This document shows, in pieces, positions 36,501-48,164 of a stretch of 64,000 bases of DNA (position 1 is the stretch's first letter; each line of letters opens with the position of its first letter). The DNA lies in contig CATNEN010000038.1 in assembly GCA_950097015.1 (NCBI GenBank), positions 11,842,001-11,906,000 on the forward strand, read 5' to 3'. The translations under genes were made by a program, and so were the position numbers. The stretch is from Macrostomum hystrix. Its lineage: Eukaryota; Animalia; Platyhelminthes. The notes below the pieces were generated by a model. It worked only from the letters and a program-made list of their open reading frames with translations. It made no database searches and was not told where the DNA came from.

Positions 36501-39500
36501 AAGCTAGGACCACAGTTGAGAATCGAAGCAAGCAAAGTAGCTGAGAATCGAAGCAAGCAAAGTAGCTGAGAATCGAAGCAAGCAAAGTAGCTGAGAATCG
36601 AAGCAAGCAAAGTAGCTGAGAATCGAAGCAAGCAAAGTAGCTAAGAATCGAAGCAAGCAAAGTAGCTGAGAATTGAAGCAAGCAAAGTAGCTAAGAATCG
36701 AAGCAAGCAAAGTAGCTGAGAATCGAAGCAAGCAAAGTAGCTGAGAATCGAAGCAAGCAAAGTAGCTGAGAATTGAAGCAAGCAAAGTAGCTGAGAATCG
36801 AAGCAAGCAAAGTAGCTGAGAATCAAAGCAAGCAAAGTAGCTGAGAATCTAAGCAAGCAAAGTAGCTGAGAATCGAAGCAAGCAAAGTAGCTGAGAATTG
36901 AAGCAAGCAAAGTAGCTGAGAATCGAAGCAAGCAAAGTAGCTGAGAATTGAAGCAAGCAAAGTAGCTGAGAATCGAAGCAAGCAAAGTAGCTGAGAATCA
37001 AAGCAAGCAAAGTAGCTGAGAATCGAAGCAAGCAAAGTAGCTGAGAATCGAAGCAAGCAAAGTAGCTGAGAATTGAAGCAAGCAAAGTAGCTAAGAATCG
37101 AAGCAAGCAAAGTAGCTGAGAATCAAAGCAAGCAAAGTAGCTGAGAATCGAAGCAAGCAAAGTAGCTGAGAATCAAAGCAAGCAAAGTAGCTGAGAATTG
37201 AAGCAAGCAAAGTAGCTAAGAATCGAAGCAAGCAAAGTAGCTAAGAATCGAAGCAAGCAAAGTAGCTGAGAATTGAAGCAAGCAAAGTAGCTAAGAATCG
37301 AAGCAAGCAAAGTAGCTGAGAATCAAAGCAAGCAAAGTAGCTGAGAATCGAAGCAAGCAAAGTAGCTGAGAATTGAAGCAAGCAAAGTAGCTGAGAATCG
37401 AAGCAAGCAAAGTAGCTGAGAATTGAAGCAAGCAAAGTAGCTAAGAATCGAAGCAAGCAAAGTAGCTAAGAATCGAAGCAAGCAAAGTAGCTGAGAATCA
37501 AAGCAAGCAAAGTAGCTAAGAATCAAAGCAAGCAAAGTAGCTAAGAATCGAAGCAAGCAAAGTAGCTAAGAATCGAAGCAAGCAAAGTAGCTGAGAATCA
37601 AAGCAAGCAAAGTAGCTAAGAATCAAAGCAAGCAAAGTAGCTAAGAATCGAAGCAAGCAAAGTAGCTGAGAATTGAAGCAAGCAAAGTAGCTAAGAATCG
37701 AAGCAAGCAAAGTAGCTGAGAATTGAAGCAAGCAAAGTAGCTAAGAATCGAAGCAAGCAAAGTAGCTAAGAATCGAAGCAAGCAAAGTAGCTGAGAATCA
37801 AAGCAAGCAAAGTAGCTAAGAATCAAAGCAAGCAAAGTAGCTGAGAATCAAAGCAAGCAAAGTAGCTGAGAATTGAAGCAAGCAAAGTAGCTAAGAATCA
37901 AAGCAAGCAAAGTAGCTGAGAATCGAAGCAAGCAAAGTAGCTAAGAATCGAAGCAAGCAAAGTAGCTAAGAATCGAAGCAAGCAAAGTAGCTGAGAATCG
38001 AAGCAAGGATCACAGCTTAAAATGGAACCTAAACGCTTTACCTGCGCAGTGCCTGCAAACCCTAGGCACTGAGGTGCAGAGCTCAGCGGCCCAGGCTGTT
38101 GCCTACATAGCCGTAATTGAACTACCGGCTGGCCAATGGGGCAACCTGATGCAGCTGCTAGTTCACAATGTTGTTGATCCGGCCAGTACACCATTGAAGA
38201 AGCAAGCCACCCTGCAGGCTATTGGCTACATCTGCCAGGATATTGTGAGTTTGTAATTGTTCATTTGTTTTAACATTTTAAATTCGTCATATCTGTCCTG
38301 TTGCTAAGCAGTTATTATTAAAACAGCCTGTCTTAAAAAGTTATTTTTAATTTTGCTTGCAGGCTAGATTTTACTTGATATTTGTTTAATGGACAATTAA
38401 GTGCAAATTGTTTGATAAAATTAAACTCGTTTAATTAGTTTAATTAGTGTAATTTAATCATTAAATTAAATTTCTAAATTTAATGAGTAATTTAGTAACA
38501 CCTTTACTCACCAATTTTGCACCCTTTTCAAACAACTTCGATGAAACTTCAATTCATTGTCAGTTGGTAAGATAAAAAAATAGAAAAGTTCGCTTATAAC
38601 ATATGCGACTATATCTACTTCCCACAGTATATGAATCATGAGTTTTTCCGAATTGATTTTTATACTTAACGCTATTAAATAAATAATTAGTATACTACTA
38701 TATATTCAATATTATTTCTGCTATCGCTTGCAGTAAATCAGTATTGCTTGCGTAATTTCAGTTTGATGTGCAATGTCTCACTATCTTCTCTTTAGATATT
38801 CAGGTTCAGCCTCATTATCTGTCCTCTAGACAATCAGGTTCAGCCTTACTATCTGTCCTCTAGATCTTCAGGTTCAGCCTCATTATCTGTCCTCTAGACA
38901 ATCAGGTTCAGCCTTACTATCTGTCCTCTAGATCTTCAGGTTCAGCCTCATTATCTGTCCTCTAGACAATCAGGTTCAGCCTCACTATCTGTCCTCTAGA
39001 TCTTTAGGTTCAGCCTCATTATCTGTCCTCTAGACAATCAGGTTCAGCCTCACTATCTGTCCTCTAGATCTTCAGGTTCAGCCTCATTATCTGTCCTCTA
39101 GATCTTCAGGTTCAGCCTCACTATCTGTCCTCTAGATCTTCAGGTTCAGCCTCATTATCTGTCCTCTAGATCTTCAGGTTCAGCCTCACTATCTGTCCTC
39201 TAGATCTTCAGGTTCAGCCTCATTATCTGTCCTCTAGACAATCAGGTTCAGCCTCACTATCTGTCCTCTAGATCTTTAGGTTCAGCCTCATTATCTGTCC
39301 TCTAGACAATCAGGTTCAGCCTTACTATCTGTCCTCTAGATCTTCAGGTTCAGCCTCATTATCTGTCCTCTAGATCTTCAGGTTCAGCCTCACTATCTGT
39401 CCTCTAGATCTTCAGGTTCAGCCTCACTATCTGTCCTCTAGATCTTCAGGTTCAGCCTCATTATCTGTCCTCTAGATCTTCAGGTTCAGCCTCACTATCT

Positions 39501-42500
39501 GTCCTCTAGATCTTCAGGTTCAGCCTCATTATCTGTCCTCTAGACAATCAGGTTCAGCCTCACTATCTGTCCTCTAGATCTTCAGGTTCAGCCTCATTAT
39601 CTGTCCTCTAGACAATCAGGTTCAGCCTCACTATCTGTCCTCTAGATCTTCAGGTTCAGCCTCATTATCTGTCCTCTAGATCTTCAGGTTCAGCCTCATT
39701 ATCTGTCCTCTAGATCTTCAGGTTAAGCCTCATCATCTGTCCTCTAGATCTTCAGATTCGGTATCCTTAAACTTTCCCCATATCTCCCACAAGGGCACTA
39801 TATTTCACTGAAAGGATTTTGCTGGTGTGCTTATTTACTTTAAAATGCTAAGCGTGAAGCTTGCTTTAGACTTCCGTTTTCGTGGAATTTTCCTAATAAT
39901 TTAAATTGATTTTCTCTAACTCTGGTGTGAGGTAAACAATCAGTTAGCAACTCGCTGTCTAATTTGTTGTACGTCCTACTCGCAGTAGTTTAGCCATTTT
40001 TGTGGATTTCAATTGTTAATTATTGTTTAACTAATTAAGCTAGTGATTTTTTAAGCGCATCCCATAGGTTATCCAATATGTTGTGGCTCTTCCTTATTCA
40101 TTAATGGGATATGCACGTAATTCGGATACAAATATTATTTTATTACACGGTGTTCTTCTTAGTTTAATAAATCGTTAAATAGAAAATTTAACAGTTAACT
40201 GAATGGTATTTAGCTGCAAGAAACAGTCAAGAGGCTTATAGCGCTGGTCCCTTCTTACTTTGAGGTCTTGAGTTCGAATCTTAGATAGGAAATTGCATCT
40301 TTAAGAAAGACTGCTTAGTTCACAATCCTCCAGTTCTTTAAAACATATCGGCTGGCAGCCTATTTGCAAGTTATTAACAAGTTGCGAGTTACAATTTGTT
40401 GCCACGCTAAATGCCTAATGCAATATCTGTCATTAGATTGCATTGCAGATCTATAACACCCACGATTCTGGTTTGAGCAGAGCTCAAATTTCAGATAAGT
40501 GTAGATGAATGATGAGTAAGTCATAAATAGATCATATTTCACCCGCCAACACCCGCCCAGGAGCCAAACTTCCTATCAGCGCAGAGCAATGAGATCCTGA
40601 CGGCCATTGTCAACGGCATGAAGAAAGAGGAACCAAACAGCAATGTCCGCCTGGCCGCCACACAGGCCCTGCTAAACAGTCTGGAATTCACCAAGCAGAA
40701 CTTTGACATTGACGCTGAACGGCATTACATAATGCAGGTGGTTTGCGAGGCCACCCAGTGCGCCGAGGTGCAGATAAAAGTTGCAGCACTGCAATGCTTG
40801 GTGAAGATTATGAGCCTGTATTATCAGTACATGGAGACATACATGAACCAGGCCCTGTTTGCTGTGAGTAGTCTTCTGCTTATATTTTCTATCACTATTA
40901 CGAGTAATTGCTATAGTATTGCTATTAATTAATACCTCAATTGTTTCTAATGGAGACTTCAAGAAGTGCCCCAGCTATTTTAAGCCATTTCAAACTGCGG
41001 TGCATGAAACAAGTCTCCGACATCATCTTTCGCAGGCTGAGAACAACGGGGTGATTGTTACTTGAGATTCATTCGTTATTTCCCCGCTACTCTGACCTGC
41101 TACATTGAAATTTGAAAAAGCACTTATAAATAGTCTAAGACCTGTTATGGATAACTGAAATATCGCTTAGGCCAATTACCAGTTTGGTTAAGATAACTGA
41201 CTATCTGTTGGGATATCTGATCTATCTGTTGGGATATCTGATCTATCTGTTGGGATATCTGATCTATCTGTTGGGATATCTGATCTATCTGTTGGGATAT
41301 CTGATCTATCTGTTGGGATATCTGATCTATCTGTTGGGATATCTGATCTATCTGTTGGGATATCTGATCTATCTGATCCAGAAGATCTTTTGGGATAACT
41401 AACATATCTGTTGGGATATCTAGAAAAAGGTTCGGTGGCAGAGCGGTTAACGCTTTTGCCTCTCGCACAACGGTCCCAAAGTTCGATTCCACGGCGAGGC
41501 CACATTTATTTGGGGCGCAGTCGCGGAGAGAAGGCTTGGGGGCTTGTCGTGCAATTTACGCCCTTAAGGGTCAACCCCAAGGTACTGGGAAGTGTACACT
41601 GCCTGACGATGATAAAGTCAAGGTAGATGTACACACCTGTGTGAGTGTGTGCTCAGGAGTCAGTGAAATGGGCAGAATTGCCTCCTCGCTGGCTTCGGGT
41701 CTAGTGTCACCAAATGATGTGCCATTGCCCGCAGCCCTCCTGCAATAATAACAATAATAATATAATTTCTAGAAGATCTGTTGGGATAATTGGTAACTAA
41801 CATATCTGTTGGGGATAACAAAGACAGTTAAATCATAGTAAATTTCGTTAGAACAGAAGTCAAATAATAACCCAACAGCTTGGGGGCTCGTTAAATCGGT
41901 ATTTTAACCGCCAACTTCTCAATCCCAGATCACATACGAAGCCATGAAAAGCGACGTGGAAGAAGTGGCCCTGCAAGGCATCGAATTCTGGTCAACCGTG
42001 TGCGAGGAAGAAATCGACCTGGCCATAGACGAGCAGGAGAGCGAAGAGAAGGGCCTGCCGCCCACAGTCAGCAGCAAGCACTACGCCAGGGGCGCCCTGC
42101 CCTACCTGCTGCCCATCCTCACCGCCACCCTCACCCGCCAGGAGGAGCAGGACGATGAGGATGACTGGGGACCGTGCAAGGCCGCCACCGTCTGCCTGAT
42201 GCTGTTGGCTCAGTGCGTCGGCGACGCTATTGTCTCTCCTCTGCTGCCATTTGTCACTGAGCACATCCGCTCCCAGGACTGGCGCTTCCGGTGAGCTCAG
42301 TGATCCGTTGTGCTGGTTGGGTTGCTAAGGTTTTCTAGCCAGATCCCGAACTCTCCCAGATCCTCAGGTTAGATCCCGAACAATCCCAGATTCTCAGGTT
42401 AGATCCCGAACAATCCCAGATCCTCAGGTTAGATCCCGAACTCTCCCAGATCCTCAGGTTAGATCCCGAACTCCCTGACATCCTCAGGTTAGATCCCGAA

Positions 42501-45500
42501 CTCTCCCAGATCCTCAGGTTAGATCCCGAACAATCCCAGATCCTCAGGTTAGATCCCGAACTCTCCCAGATCCTCAGGTTAGATCCCGAACTCCCTGAGA
42601 TACTCAGGTTAGATCCCGAACTCTCCCAGATCCTCAGGTTAGATCCCAAATTCCTCTTAGATTCTCAGGTTAGATCCCGAACTAGATCCCACATTTCTAG
42701 ATCACTATAGAGTGTCTAGAATAGAATGTTAGTTTTCAGTGCATAATTATAATTCCTGTGTATTACAACTCAGTACTAACAATGACAATTTCGCAGCGAC
42801 GCCGCCGTCATGTCATTCGGCTGCATCCTTGAGGGACCGGACCCCGACAATCTTCGCAATCTCGTTGAAAACGCTCTGCCGGTCATCATTGAACTGCTGC
42901 GCGATCCATCCAACGTGGTTCGCGACACCTCCGCCTGGACGATCGGCCGCGTGCTGGACACCCTGCCAGCTTTGGTGGTGCAGGATAAATTCCTCAGCCC
43001 GCTGCTTCAAGCCCTCGTTGAAGGCCTGGAAGCCGAGCCGCGTGTGGCCGCCAATGTTTGCTGGGCCTTCAGCAGTCTTGCCTCCGCCGCCTACGATCAG
43101 GCAGCCAACCAGGTGAACCTCTACTCTAATCTCCCTGTAAATCCCGAATTTAATCTTCCTTTTGCTCCCTACTCTAGTCTCCCCTCTGGTCCCTACTCTA
43201 ATCTCCCTTTTGATCTCTACTCTAATCTCCCTTTTGATCTCTACTCTAATCTCACTCTCGACCCCTACTCTAATCTCCCTTTCGATCCCTACTCTAATCT
43301 CCCTCTCGATCCCTACTCTAATCTCCCTTTCGATCCCTACTCTAATCTCCCTCTCGATCCCTACTCTAATCTCCCTCTCGATCCCTACTCTAATCTCCCT
43401 TTCGATCCCTACTCTAATCTCCCTCTCGATCCCTACTCTAATCTCCCTTTCGATCCCTACTCTAATCTCCCTCTCGATCCCTACTCTAATCTCCCTCTCG
43501 ATCCCTACTCTAATCTCCCTTTCGATCCCTACTCTAATCTCCCTCTCGATCCCTACTCTAATCTCCCTCTCGATCCCTACTCTAATCTCCCTTTTGATCT
43601 CTACTCTAATCTCACTCTCGACCCCTACTCTAATCTCCCTTTCGATCCCTACTCTAATCTCCCTCTCGATCCCTACTCTAATCTCCCTCTCGATCCCTAC
43701 TCTAATCTCCCTCTCGATCCCTACTCTAATCTCCCTTTCGATCCCTACTCTAATCTCCCTCTCGATCCCTACTCTAATCTCCCTCTCGATCCCTACTCTA
43801 ATCTCCCTTTCGATCCCTACTCTAATCTCCTTCTCGATCCCTACTCTAATCTCCCTTTCGATCCCTACTCTAATCTCCCTCTCGATCCCTACTCTAATCT
43901 CCCTCTCGATCCCTACTCTAATCTCCCTTTCGATCCCTACTCTAATCTCCCTCTCGATCCCTACTCTAATCTCCCTCTCGATCCCTACTCTAATCTCCCT
44001 TTTGATCTCTACTCTAATCTCACTCTCGACCCCTACTCTAATCTCCCTTTCGATCCCTACTCTAATCTCCCTCTCGATCCCTACTCTAATCTCCCTCTCG
44101 ATCCCTACTCTAATCTCCCTCTCGATCCCTACTCTAATCTCCCTTTCGATCCCTACTCTAATCTCCCTCTCGATCTCTACTCTAATCTCCCTTTCGATCC
44201 CTACTCTAATCTCCCTCTCGATCCCTACTCTAATCTCCCTCTCGATCCCTACTCTAATCTCACTTTTGATCTCTACTTCTAATCTCCCTCTCGATCCCTA
44301 CTCTAATCTCCCTTTCGATCCCTACTCTAGTCTCCCTTTCGATCCCTACTCTAATCTCCCTCTCGATCCCTACTCTAATCTCCCTTTCGATCCCTACTCT
44401 AATCTCCCTCTCGATCCCTACTCTAATCTCCCTCTCGATCCCTACTCTAATCTCACTTTTGATCTCTACTTCTAATCTCCCTCTCGATCCCTACTCTAGT
44501 CTCCCTTTCGATCCCTACTCTAATCTCCCTCTCGATCCCTACTCTAATCTCCCTTTCAATCCCTACTCTAATCTCCCTTTTGATCTCTACTCTTATCTCC
44601 CTTTCGATCCCTACTCTAATCTCCCTTTCAATCCCTACTCTAATCTCACCGTATATCCCTAATCGAATCTTTCTTAAATCCCTACTATTATCTCCCTTAA
44701 ATCTCTAATCTTATCTCCCTTAAATCCCTACCCTAATCCCCCTGTCTCCATACTCTACTCTCCCCATAAATCCTAATCTCCATCTCGTCCAACCCCAGGC
44801 CGGCCTGTCGGACCGTGACAACCGCGCAGCCCCGGTGGAGACCTACTGCCTCAGCGGCTTCTTTGAGCCGATCGTTGGCAAACTGCTGGAGACCACCGAC
44901 CGGCAGGAAGCCGGGCAGCACAACCTGCGCAATGCTGCCTACCATGCGCTGATGGAGATGCTGAAGCACTCGCCTAGGGACTGCTATGCCACCTTGCAGA
45001 AAACCACGCTTATTGTTATGCAACGGCTAAAGACAATTCAGGTAAATATTGCGTAAAGAATTATGTAAATTTGCGGAGACTCAAAGAAGTGCCCCAGATT
45101 TTATGAGCGTTTGCAAACTGCGGTGCATGAAACCCGTCTCCAAAATTACTAAATAAAGCAATGACAGGCTGAGAACTACGGAGTAACTGTCACCTTGAGA
45201 TTCATTCGTTATTTCTCCGCTACTCTGACCTGCTACATTAGTCTTAGAAAAAAGGTACAACACGTTAGAGAACCACTTAAATATCTCATCAGTTGGGCTA
45301 TTGCCGAATTAGTTGGGATAACTAGCAGATCTCCCAATAATTATCCTACGAAATTGCCGTGATTCGAGCTAATTTGCACATAGCCTACTGTAAAGTAGCA
45401 ATAATAGTTTGACATTTTGGTCACTTGAATTCTACTGTAAGTAGTAATCATTATGCCTTGTTTCGCAGGAGGTGTCTGACAGACTCCAGACTTCGCACGA

Positions 45501-47628
45501 TCGGGCCCAGCTGAATGAACTGCAGAGCATGCTGTGCGCCACACTGCAGTCTGTGCTGCATAAAATCGATCGCGCAGACGCACCTAACATTGCTGACGCT
45601 GTCATGGAACTCCTGCTGCGCATGCTAACCCAGCAGCAGATTCAGCAGCAGCAGCAGCCGACAGACGATGACTCTGAACAGCAAAGCGGCGTGCAGGAGG
45701 ATGCCCTTCTGGCCATGGCCGCTCTGGTTGACTGCCTCGGCGAGGACTTTGCCAAGTACATGCACGTGTTCAAGCCAGTGCTCATGACTTGCCTGCGCTC
45801 AGTCACTGACACCCAGGTCTGTGTCACTGCTGATCACTGCTTCTATCCTGTGAATACAGGATTTTATCCTGTGAATACAGGATTCTATCCTGTGAATACA
45901 GGATTCTATCCTGTGAATACAGGATTCTATCCTGTGAATACAGGATTCTATCCTGTGAATACAGGATTCTATCCTGTGAATACAGGATTCTATCCTGTGA
46001 ATACAGGATTCTATCCTGTGAATACAGGATTCTATCCTGTGAATACAGGATTCTATCCTGTGAATACAGGATTCTATCCTGTGAATACAGGATTCTATCC
46101 TGTGAATACAGGTTTCTATCCTGTGATTACAAGATTATTCTATCCTGTGAATACAGGATTCTATCCTGTGAATACAGGATTCTATCCTGTGAATACAGGA
46201 TTCTATCCTGTGATTACAAGATTATTCTATCCTGTGAATACAGGGTTCTATCCTGTGAATGCAGGATTATTCAATCCTGTGAATGCAATCAATATGAACT
46301 CAATCGATCTCACAGGTATGCTCCAACGCTGTCGGCCTTCTTGGCGATCTGTGCCGCGCCCTCGGCGAGCGCATGGCTCCCTACACCGACGAGATCTTTG
46401 TCATCCTGGTGGAGCTGCTCAGCTCGCAGGCCGTTGATCAGAGCATTAAGCCTAGCGTCATCAGCGCCTTCTCCGACTTCTCCCTTGCTCTGGGGCCGGG
46501 CTTCTTTAAGTACCTGGAAATTGTCATCCACACCCTGCAGCAGGCCAGCCAGGCCCAGGTGGACGTCAGCAATCCCGACCAGGTGGACTACCTGAACGAA
46601 CTGCGCGAGGCCTGCCTAGAGGCCTACACTGGCATTGTTCAGGGCCTGAAGGGCAACGGTCCGACTCCGCATACTCAGGAGCTGCAATCTATTCAGCCAG
46701 CCGTGCAGCCAATGCTGGCCTTCATAGCTTTGGTGGCCAGGGACCCAGTCTCCACTGATGAGGTTCTCGGCTGCGGCTGCGGCCTGCTCGGGTGAGTAAA
46801 TGCTCCGAGTTTTCTACCTAATCTTGCCTGACCTGGCCTGATTTTATATAACTAGCCGAACCCATCCTGACCCACAACCTCCCTTATATTGACCCAACCT
46901 GACCCACAATCTACCTGATCTTGTGCCAACCTGACCCACAACCTCCCTTATATTGACCCATCCTGACCCACAACCTCCCTTATATTGATCCATCCTGACC
47001 CACAACCTCCCTTATAGTGACCCATCCTGACCCACAACCTCCCTTATATTGACCCAACCTGGCCCACAACCTCCCTTATATTGACCCATCCTGACCCACA
47101 ACCTCCCTTATATTGACCCAACCTGGCCCACAACCTCCCTTATATTGACCCATCCTGACCCAAAACCTCCCTTATATTGACCCAACCTGGCCCACATTCT
47201 ACCTGATCTTGACAAAACCTGACCGACAACCTCCCTTATATTGACCCAACCTGGCCCACATTCTACCTGATCTTGAGCCAACCTGACCCACAACCTCCCT
47301 TATATTGACCCAACCTGGCCCACATTCTACCTGATCTTGAGCCAACCTGACCCACAACCTCCCTTATATTGACCCAACCTGACCCACAATCAAATTTTAC
47401 CTGACCCAATCTGACCTTACCTGACCCACCTGACCATACGGAACCGACTCTGCCACCCACAGCGACCTGGTGACAGCTTACGGAGCGGATCTTCTGCCCA
47501 TGGTTAGCGATGAGGTATTCAGCGGCCTGCTGCAGCGTTGCCGACGCAGCAAGGTGTCGAAGGCCAAGACCCTCGCCGTCTGGACCACCAAGGAGATTCG
47601 CAAGCTGAAGAATCTGCAGACAGCCTAA
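33501..47628 (+). CDS. KPNB1: Importin subunit beta-1 (karyopherin beta 1)
   Basis: 11 exons: 33501-33540, 35941-35999, 36118-36300, 38050-38244, 40561-40863, 41929-42290, 42797-43112, 44799-45041, 45469-45816, 46316-46791, 47463-47628; 896 aa. Motifs [37 protein letters not shown] and [16 protein letters not shown]. Confidence 0.97.
34180..35527 (-). mobile_element. Mariner (DD34D) DNA transposon in KPNB1 intron 1
   Basis: ~28-bp TIRs CGGGTGTGTCATAAGTAATGTCACTG at both ends, flanked by TA; internal transposase ORF. Confidence 0.95.
34253..35303 (-). pseudogene. Mariner transposase with C-terminal frameshift
   Basis: HTH region, WVPHDL, DETW, DNARPH and YSPDFNLCD (34 aa between D2 and D3). 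The ORF stops at 34320, but the typical C-terminus ([23 protein letters not shown]) continues in another frame after an A6 run. Confidence 0.85.
36340..38005. repeat. 25-bp minisatellite (gaatcgaagcaagcaaagtagctga)
   Basis: About 60 copies in KPNB1 intron 3. Confidence 0.97.
38780..39760. repeat. 34-bp minisatellite (tcaggttcagcctcaytatctgtcctctagatct)
   Basis: About 28 copies in KPNB1 intron 4. Confidence 0.97.
40952..41107 (+). ncRNA. Box H/ACA small Cajal-body/nucleolar RNA, copy 1 (SCARNA4/ACA26-like candidate)
   Basis: Hairpin GGAGAC..GTCTCC, H box ACATCA, hairpin GCAGG..CCTGC, then ACA+3 nt. UGAG lies in the 3' hairpin apical region. Intronic and sense to KPNB1; conserved paralog at 45075. 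Confidence 0.8.
41200..41420. repeat. 21-bp minisatellite (ctatctgttgggatatctgat)
   Basis: About 9 copies in KPNB1 intron 5. Confidence 0.92.
41428..41766 (+). mobile_element. tRNA-derived SINE, family A (most complete copy)
   Basis: GGTTCGGTGGCAGAGCGGTTAACGC..GTTCGATTCC head, shared body and (AAT)n tail. Confidence 0.88.
42335..42690. repeat. 30-bp minisatellite (tcctcaggttagatcccgaactctcccaga)
   Basis: About 11 copies in KPNB1 intron 6. Confidence 0.95.
43115..44780. repeat. 24-bp minisatellite (gatccctactctaatctccctytc)
   Basis: About 65 copies filling KPNB1 intron 7 from the donor almost to the acceptor. Confidence 0.97.
45075..45240 (+). ncRNA. Box H/ACA small Cajal-body/nucleolar RNA, copy 2
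   Basis: Same architecture as 40952-41107: GGAGAC..GTCTCC, H box AAATTA, CAGG..CCTG, ACA+TTA. UGAG in both hairpins; located in KPNB1 intron 8. Confidence 0.8.
45838..46290. repeat. 21-bp minisatellite (ttctatcctgtgaatacagga)
   Basis: About 21 copies in KPNB1 intron 9; the unit contains an internal hairpin tcctgt/acagga. Confidence 0.95.
46860..47440. repeat. C-rich compound minisatellite (cctgacccacaacctcccttatattgaccca)
   Basis: KPNB1 intron 10. Confidence 0.9.
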
Positions 47629-48164
47629 CCAGTCAAATTAAGCAAGTCTTCTCGGCCCTTTGCTGATCGCTTTCTAATGGAAAATCACACTAATAGAAAT
47701 CATTATGCACTAACCTTAAAAATAGGCGAATATTTTTTGCGTCTTTATTAACGATAATTCCGCATAGGTTAAAAAGCTGCTCAGTTCTCAAAGCATTCTC
47801 GCTGAATTGAACCAGTCTTCTAACACCCTTCTGTCTTGTCCATTGATTGAATTGAATGATTGATTTTTTATTGATTCTTTCTTTAATGTCTGTTTGCCTG
47901 CCAGCCTGTCTGTCTCTTTGTTTGTCTGCATTTATTATGAAATGATAGATACTGTCGTGCATAGGGTATTTTCTTCTTATTTCTCACCGAATGTGCGCCA
48001 GTCACTGTGTTTGTTTCTTTATCCTTCTTCCAACTGTGAGTGCTGCTCTGCTAGTGTGCCATTCTGCTTCCCCTGAAGTTCCGCTGTACTTCCTCCGTGT
48101 GTGTTCTGTTTCAGTACGGTCGTAATTTGCTGTTTTCTTTGAAATCTCTCTTTTTTACCGGAAA

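Noticed and set aside
46311-46322. Recursive splice site at KPNB1 exon 10 (cag|GTATGC)
   Set aside because: The donor is weaker and is explained by the conserved Q-V-C peptide at this junction.
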